Below the pieces are notes generated by a model that did not search any database, had not been told where the DNA came from, and was given only the letters and a program-made list of their open reading frames with translations. 34,305 bases of DNA, from positions 1-34,305 of the forward strand of contig JAAFKI010000197.1 of NCBI GenBank assembly GCA_021399345.1. The letters are read 5' to 3'. This document shows, piece by piece, positions 28,600-34,305 of the stretch. The translations under genes and the position numbers were made by a program. Positions within the stretch are counted from its first letter, which is position 1. Each line of letters opens with the position of its first letter. The stretch comes from Candidatus Heimdallarchaeota archaeon. GTDB taxonomy: Archaea; Asgardarchaeota; Heimdallarchaeia; Heimdallarchaeales; Heimdallarchaeaceae.

Positions 28600-28633
28600 A
28601 AAAAACTAGTAGTGTAATTATATTAGGGATAAG

Positions 28634-29449
28634 ATGAAAATACCTATTTTGATATTTGCTGGAAGAGATGAAGAAAAAAGGGAATTTTTGAAAGAATTGG
28701 ATCCTGAAGGAAAATATAAAGCCAAAATTCTATTTCCGATGCATGGTAAAACTGTAATAGAATGGGTTGTTGAAGAATTTCAAAAATCTTCTATGGTAGA
28801 GGAAATATATATTCTTGGACTAACAAAAGAGGATATTGATATAAAAGGTAATGTTCATTATGTTCCTATTGGTCTCAAATCAACCCTTGCTGAGAAATTC
28901 AATGCGTGTCTTGATTATTTAGAACAACATGGAAAATTCAATGATTTTGTCATTTTCTGTAGTAGTGATTGTCCTGGAATCAAAGTTAAAACTATTGAAT
29001 CATTTATAAATTTTGTACAGGAAAATAAGGAACTTGATTTTATCATCTCCTTGATTACTAAAGAGACTATTGAAGAAGTTTTTCCAGATTCAGGTAGAGG
29101 TCTTGCGATATTGAAAGATATTAATGCAATTCAAGGTGAATTAATGATGATTAGCTCAAAGGCTATCAAAAAATATGGGCATGTGATTGATAGTTTTATG
29201 CGGTTAAGAAAGAAGAGGTCACTGGGACCCTTTCTAAGATATGTTGCTAGAAGACCTTTAGCTTGGTCAAAATTAATCAAAATCGCTCGGGGGAAGGGTA
29301 CTCTAGATGATGCGATAATCGCTTTTCGTCGAGCTTTTCGACTTAATGCTGCAGCACCTGTTTATGATGATCCAGGTCTTGGCTTAGATATGGATTTACC
29401 AGGAGATTATGAGCGTTTGAAAGATTATGTTAAGAAAACAAAGATGTAA
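28634..29449 (+). CDS. MobA-like NTP transferase, paralog 2
   Basis: IFAGRD, KILFPMHGKTVIEW, SSDCPGI, LGLDMD. Confidence 0.8.
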   Translation: MKIPILIFAGRDEEKREFLKELDPEGKYKAKILFPMHGKTVIEWVVEEFQKSSMVEEIYILGLTKEDIDIKGNVHYVPIGLKSTLAEKFNACLDYLEQHGKFNDFVIFCSSDCPGIKVKTIESFINFVQENKELDFIISLITKETIEEVFPDSGRGLAILKDINAIQGELMMISSKAIKKYGHVIDSFMRLRKKRSLGPFLRYVARRPLAWSKLIKIARGKGTLDDAIIAFRRAFRLNAAAPVYDDPGLGLDMDLPGDYERLKDYVKKTKM

Positions 29450-29475
29450 TTAGAATAATTGGGATTGTGAAAAAA

Positions 29476-30309
29476 ATGAAAAAATATCCGGTTTTCCTTA
29501 TGGCAGGAAGAGATAAAGAAAGAAGAGAAATTATGCAAGTTTTGGATCCAGAAATGAAATATAAATCAAAATGTCAGCTGGATCTCTTGGGAAAACCTAT
29601 CATTCAATGGGTTATTGATGAGCTGGAAAAATCGAAATACGTTGATCAAATCTATATTTTAGGGCTTTCTGAGGAGGATCTTCAGCTGAAAGGGAATTTA
29701 GAATACATTCCTGTTGAAACAACAGCTGAGGTTTATGACAAGTATAGAGTCGGTTTTGACTATTTGATAGAAAAGGGAAGATATCATGATATGGTTATAA
29801 TGTGTGGTTCGGACATTCCTGCTGTCAAGATAGAAAGCATAGATGAATTTCTTCAAGTAGTGTCTGAAAAGGAACATTATGATTTTCTTTGGGGAGTCGT
29901 TCCAATAGAAATAGCTGAAGCTGAGTTTCCTGAACCTGATAGGACAGTAGGTCATTTTAAAGATCATAGTTTATTCCCAGGCGACATTTTTGCTTTAAGT
30001 TACAGAGCAATTGAAACTGGTGAAGATACCATTCGGCAATTTTCTGATAGTCGGAAAAAAAGGTCTTTCTGGACAGTTGTTTGGTTTATAGCTAAGAAAC
30101 CAAGAACCTGGTTAAAAATAATCAAAGTATTCCTTAAAAGAGCAACAGTAAAAGATGGTATTCGTATTTTTGAAATTGCGTTCGATTGTAAAGCAGATAT
30201 TGTGATTATAGAAGATTTAGGTTTTGGATATGATATGGATTTGATCCAAGATTATAAAAGATTAGAAAAATATGTATCAAAAACCAAGTTGAAACCAGAT
30301 AAGAAGTAA
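29476..30309 (+). CDS. MobA-like NTP transferase, paralog 3
   Basis: LMAGRD, KCQLDLLGKPIIQW, GSDIPAV, FGYDMD. ATG 29476 (GTG 29467 is the alternative). Confidence 0.8.
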   Translation: MKKYPVFLMAGRDKERREIMQVLDPEMKYKSKCQLDLLGKPIIQWVIDELEKSKYVDQIYILGLSEEDLQLKGNLEYIPVETTAEVYDKYRVGFDYLIEKGRYHDMVIMCGSDIPAVKIESIDEFLQVVSEKEHYDFLWGVVPIEIAEAEFPEPDRTVGHFKDHSLFPGDIFALSYRAIETGEDTIRQFSDSRKKRSFWTVVWFIAKKPRTWLKIIKVFLKRATVKDGIRIFEIAFDCKADIVIIEDLGFGYDMDLIQDYKRLEKYVSKTKLKPDKK

Positions 30310-30312
30310 GGT

Positions 30313-30993
30313 TTATTCAACCTTTTTTTCTATTGTTTGAGTTTCTAGAATTTTAGGTTTAATGAATGAGAATACTCCTAAAATTACTGCAAGCAAGAGA
30401 GCATACTTACACATAATACTAGGTACCTTAGTGGCAAAATAACTATCTACCCAGACCATTAAATACATTGGAACCAGAAAAGATAGATAACCTATCAACA
30501 CAAATAGACTGGATTTTCTATCAACCTTATTTCTACGAAATATTAAGTGAGCAGCAAGAAAGAATATACTATAAACTAAGATGCCCATATAGTAAATACC
30601 ATAGTAAAAAGAATGATGGACTGAGTAGACTGCATAAAAAGGATTACAACTATCAAGAACTACTGATCCTGGTGTAACTATATAATATAACGAAAAACCT
30701 GTAGCAGCTGCAAATCCTATCCAATAATCTGGGAATTTCCATCCAACAACCTTAGAACTAAGAAAGTAACCCATAGGTGGAAGGAAAGTAATGATTGTGT
30801 AAGCTATTTTACCTGTAATGTTTTCGTTAACCCCTATACAGATAAGAAATTCTGCTAACTGATACAGCTGTAAAAGAACCAGCATCATTGCGATTGACCA
30901 GAAGAATGGATGCTTCCTATTGAAGATAATAACAGCTACTAGTATGAAAAACTCTATCCCAAAGAAGATAATCGAGAGAGTACCTGGAAGCAT
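30313..30993 (-). CDS. Uncharacterised ~7-TM membrane protein (stand-alone HisKA_7TM-like)
   Basis: About 7 hydrophobic segments; LQLYQLAEFLIC, ITFLPP, PSIMC. Confidence 0.7.
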   Translation of the reverse strand: MLPGTLSIIFFGIEFFILVAVIIFNRKHPFFWSIAMMLVLLQLYQLAEFLICIGVNENITGKIAYTIITFLPPMGYFLSSKVVGWKFPDYWIGFAAATGFSLYYIVTPGSVVLDSCNPFYAVYSVHHSFYYGIYYMGILVYSIFFLAAHLIFRRNKVDRKSSLFVLIGYLSFLVPMYLMVWVDSYFATKVPSIMCKYALLLAVILGVFSFIKPKILETQTIEKKVE

Positions 30994-31114
30994 TAGATGC
31001 TTCTTTTCATTATGTCATATAAATGCTTCTAAACGGACTGTGGAGTATTTTGCACAATCGTTGCAATGGACTCTTTAAAAAGGCAGCCACATTTTTTATA
31101 GGTGGATAAATATC

Positions 31115-31969
31115 ATGAAGAAGAAATTTCCCATTTTGTTAATGTCTGGAAAAGATAAAAATATCCGAAGAGAAATAATGCAAGTGTTAGACCCTGATGA
31201 AAAGTATAAAGGGAAATGTCTTCTCCCATTTCTTGGTAAACCTGTTATTGCATGGGTTGTGGAGGAATTAGTAAAATCTGAATATGTTGAAGGGATATAC
31301 TCTCTAGGTGTATCTAGAGAAGATATTGATTTTGGTGACCAAGTAGAATATGTTCCAGTAGATTTCCTTGCAGATTTACATGAAAAATATCTTGCAGGGT
31401 ATGAATATCTTAAAGCGCAAGGGAAAGAATTTGATGACTATGTAGTTTGTATGGCAGATACACCAGCAATAACTGTAGAAAGAATAGATGAATTTCTGAG
31501 TCAACTTTCTGAAATGGAAGGTTATGATTTTGTTTTGCCTTTAGTACCTTACGAATTATCTAAAAAATGGTTTCCTGATGCAGGAAGAGTAACTGGCAAT
31601 TTTCGTGATTATGAAGTCTTTCCTGGTGAAATGCTTTCTTTCAGTGCTAAAGGGATTGTTGAAGGGCAGAAAATAATTGAGGATATAAGCATCTTACGAA
31701 GAAAAAGATCATTTTGGGCAGTTGCTTGGTATGTTTTCAGACGTCCTGCAACTTGGGGAAAACTATTGAAAATCGTCCTAAAATTAGCAAAACTGAAGGA
31801 TGCCATTAGAGTATTAGAACTGGCTTTCAAAATCAAGATGGGTTGGATGATCATTGAAGATCTTGGTTTCGGTCTAGACATGGATGTTTCTCAAAATTAT
31901 GAACAATTGGAAAGATATATGCTAGAAACTAAATTAAAAGGCAAGGAAGTTACTCGTAGTGAAATCTAG
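31115..31969 (+). CDS. MobA-like NTP transferase, paralog 4
   Basis: LMSGKD, KCLLPFLGKPVIAW, MADTPAI, FGLDMD. AGGTG SD-like sequence upstream. Confidence 0.8.
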   Translation: MKKKFPILLMSGKDKNIRREIMQVLDPDEKYKGKCLLPFLGKPVIAWVVEELVKSEYVEGIYSLGVSREDIDFGDQVEYVPVDFLADLHEKYLAGYEYLKAQGKEFDDYVVCMADTPAITVERIDEFLSQLSEMEGYDFVLPLVPYELSKKWFPDAGRVTGNFRDYEVFPGEMLSFSAKGIVEGQKIIEDISILRRKRSFWAVAWYVFRRPATWGKLLKIVLKLAKLKDAIRVLELAFKIKMGWMIIEDLGFGLDMDVSQNYEQLERYMLETKLKGKEVTRSEI

Positions 31970-32031
31970 AACCTCTTACGTTACTTATTCCCATAATCTT
32001 AATTAGCTTGTAACACTAAATATTATCTACT

Positions 32032-32988
32032 ATGAAGAAAAAAACAATTCTATCCTTTTTTATCTTGGGTTTCTTGTTTGCTTCAATAATAACTTCCAAT
32101 CTTTCAAAGGGGTTGGTAGCTTCAGATCAATTAGAGGTGAATAATGGAAGCTATGTTAAAGGGGACTATTTAATTACAAATGACACTCATACTAATGAAC
32201 TACTTTGGAACATGGAAATTGAGGTTGAGAAATCGTTCAAACCAAGAGATTCGAGTAATAAGCTTACCCAAATTAAAGTAACTTATAACTACACTACTAA
32301 TACAGAATATGCATTCATAGAAAGTATGGATATTTTTGAATTAACTCATCTAATCTTTGAACATAATAGGACAACCTTATTGGCTGGTGCAAGACTTTTT
32401 ATTGCTAATTCTACTTGGAGTGTAGAGATTTCAACATTACATCAGAATAGTGTTATAGATTTAGTTAACGAAAATAAAACCAGAATTACCTATGGTAATG
32501 GAACTTCTTATAATTTTGAGGAAGTAGCTCCGTCAGAATCTGTTTACACTGAAATAACCAGTTTAGTAAACTTCTGGCAAAGTTTTAATTCTTATATTCT
32601 GGAAGAATGGGCATGGACATTCCTTGCTATTTCACCTACAGCTGAAATAGGCGATACTATTACTTATACTGAAGCTTTTGGAAATGTTGTTGATACACCT
32701 GAACTACTCTTCTTAAATCTGGGAACTTATAATACAATACAAGTAGAATATGTAAACACAACTACTTTCGGCTTAGAAATATTCAAGACTGTAGAGGCTC
32801 ATTATGAATCAAAAACAGGTTTGCTTATCAAATCGACTGAAGGTTATCCTGATTACAATATAACTATGAGATTTGTACCTACAGAAATAAAAATTACGTC
32901 AAATATTCTAACTTTAGTGCTAGGAATTTCAATAGCTGTTATTGTAGTTGCAGGTATCACAGTGGTTTATCTTAAGAAGAAGAAATGA
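32032..32988 (+). CDS. Secreted C-terminally anchored surface protein, tandem paralog A
   Basis: Signal peptide, ASDQLE, NRTT, WTFLAISPTAEIGD, YESKTGLL, TM and KKKK; many NxS/T sequons. Confidence 0.82.
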   Translation: MKKKTILSFFILGFLFASIITSNLSKGLVASDQLEVNNGSYVKGDYLITNDTHTNELLWNMEIEVEKSFKPRDSSNKLTQIKVTYNYTTNTEYAFIESMDIFELTHLIFEHNRTTLLAGARLFIANSTWSVEISTLHQNSVIDLVNENKTRITYGNGTSYNFEEVAPSESVYTEITSLVNFWQSFNSYILEEWAWTFLAISPTAEIGDTITYTEAFGNVVDTPELLFLNLGTYNTIQVEYVNTTTFGLEIFKTVEAHYESKTGLLIKSTEGYPDYNITMRFVPTEIKITSNILTLVLGISIAVIVVAGITVVYLKKKK

Positions 32989-33055
32989 ATTCTTCTTCCT
33001 TTAGTTTTTTTATGCAAAAAATTCTTTAACTCGATTGCTCATTTGTAATATTAAC

Positions 33056-33991
33056 ATGAAAAACAAAGCAATTATATCTTACTTATTAGCGGGAATACTC
33101 TTATTTTCAATAATCTCCTCTGACTTAACTAAAGGAATATTAGCCTCTGATCAATTAGAAATAAAGGTTGGAAGCATTGTAGATGGGAAACTGTTAATAT
33201 CAACCTCTGTAGCAGCTGACGTACTACAAGCTTATGTGACCATATCTGATGAGAAGGTATTCATACCAGCAGATATATCCGATCTAATAGTTCAAATTCA
33301 AGTGATTATCAAACCAGTTGAAGATTATGGATTTGGTTTATTAGAAGACCCTACTGAACTTCGATTGAATTTTCTCGCCTTTTATGATAACAGAACTACT
33401 ATCATACTGGGTAGTTTGTATACAGAAAATGCAACTGAATCAATTGAAATGACAGTTCTACATGAAACTAAATATTTTGATATGATAAACCCTGATAATA
33501 GAAAAATAACTTTTAAGAACGGTACTACAGCTTTGGCTGGTTCCATTGAACTTGCTGATCCCAAATATATCTTATTAGAAGAATTCAGTTTAATCTCTGA
33601 TTCATACCTAAATCTCATTAAATGGACAATTTTTGCAATATCACCTACAGCTGTTATTGGAGATGATATAAGCTATACTCCCGTACTAGGTTTAGTCATA
33701 GGTACTCCAGCTGTCACAACTACTAATGGTGATACCTATGACGCAATCCTTGTTGAATACTATGACACAAGGTTTTTCAACACCTGGGGGATTGCTTATG
33801 AAGTACATGCTTACTATGAAGCAGCTACAGGTTTTTTGGTTGAGCTTCATGAAGAACTTGATCAAGGCACTTGGAAGTTTATACCTGGAACTATAGATAT
33901 AGTAACTGGAATTCCTTTTGCTATTGAAGGAGTTATTGTTGGATTAGCAGCAATTGGACTGATAGCGACCTACATACGTAAAAGAAAGTAA
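33056..33991 (+). CDS. Secreted C-terminally anchored surface protein, tandem paralog B
   Basis: Signal peptide from ATG 33056, ASDQLE, NRTT, WTIFAISPTAVIGD, YEAATGFL, TM and RKRK. Confidence 0.82.
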   Translation: MKNKAIISYLLAGILLFSIISSDLTKGILASDQLEIKVGSIVDGKLLISTSVAADVLQAYVTISDEKVFIPADISDLIVQIQVIIKPVEDYGFGLLEDPTELRLNFLAFYDNRTTIILGSLYTENATESIEMTVLHETKYFDMINPDNRKITFKNGTTALAGSIELADPKYILLEEFSLISDSYLNLIKWTIFAISPTAVIGDDISYTPVLGLVIGTPAVTTTNGDTYDAILVEYYDTRFFNTWGIAYEVHAYYEAATGFLVELHEELDQGTWKFIPGTIDIVTGIPFAIEGVIVGLAAIGLIATYIRKRK

Positions 33992-33997
33992 TATCTA

Positions 33998-34041
33998 CTT
34001 TCAATCTTTTTCTTTTTACCAATTTTTTCCTTTTATTTTTA
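33998..34041 (+). terminator. Oligo-T terminator after paralog B (similar T-tracts at 32990-33011 after paralog A)
   Basis: Multiple T5-T6 runs directly downstream of the stop codon. Confidence 0.5.
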
Positions 34042-34125
34042 GATTATTCTTTCATTTTAAAATCTGTAACAATTTCAAGAGTTTCACAAAGTTCTTAAAA
34101 CTTTAATCCAATATGTGTAATTACA

Positions 34126-34305
34126 ATGAACAGAAAAAAAACAATTTTGACATTTGCTGTATTGGGGTTGTTTATAACTTCAATATACGTAGCTGACGTT
34201 TCTAAGGCTATCTTAGTTTCAGATCAGCTTGATTTGGTTGTGGGGACTTATGTAAATGGAAAGCTCCTTTACACAAATTCTACTCTAACTGATCACCTTC
34301 TAGGT
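34126..34305 (+). CDS. Tandem surface-protein paralog C (3'-truncated by window edge; not in ORF track)
   Basis: Manual translation MNRKKTILTFAVLGLFITSIYVADVSKAILVSDQLDLVVGTYVNGKLLYTNSTLTDHLLG aligns with the N-termini of paralogs A and B. Confidence 0.85.
   Translation, partial: MNRKKTILTFAVLGLFITSIYVADVSKAILVSDQLDLVVGTYVNGKLLYTNSTLTDHLLG

Noticed and set aside
26563-31969. Naming the four transferases mobA, or the kinase thrB
   Set aside because: The transferases carry a C-terminal extension and GRD motif unlike true MobA, with no Moco genes nearby. The kinase has no thr operon context, so substrates are unassigned.
177-33618. Short alternative-frame ORFs in the track (e.g. 177-626, 2219-2467, 7657-7947, 12414-12719, 15153-15515, 16419-16760, 24050-24307, 31609-31881)
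   Set aside because: They lie wholly or largely within well-supported genes, mostly antisense, and have no motifs; shadow ORFs.

Overview
AT-rich, gene-dense archaeal chromosomal segment, most consistent with an Asgard (Heimdallarchaeia-like) genome. This assignment is inferred from the archaeal Rad50, TATA boxes close to start codons, T-rich terminators, a bacterial-type kynureninase and many secreted proteins with a C-terminal TM anchor and basic tail. The left half is mostly housekeeping or metabolic: Rad50 C-terminus, a coiled-coil unknown, NagD-like HAD, LLM oxidoreductase, nitroreductase, ABC-2 exporter, kynU, a double-length (1919 aa) UvrA, an FLVCR/SLC49-like MFS, pirin and GNAT. The right half looks accessory: surface proteins, a membrane-tethered wHTH regulator, a LigB-like dioxygenase, a beta-helix protein with a secreted caspase-family protease, then SagB-type oxidoreductase, CPBP protease and four paralogous MobA-like nucleotidyltransferases interleaved with a ThrB-II-like kinase and a multi-TM protein. 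It ends in a tandem array of three paralogous surface proteins. The two best candidates for something new are (i) the four-nucleotidyltransferase/kinase/CPBP locus and (ii) an intergenic GTTTCACTGA motif (full form ACTGTTTCA-C-TGAAACAGT, parS-like) that is associated with hairpins and brackets two minus-strand gene modules as direct repeats. No rRNA, tRNA, CRISPR array, transposase or integrase was recognised.
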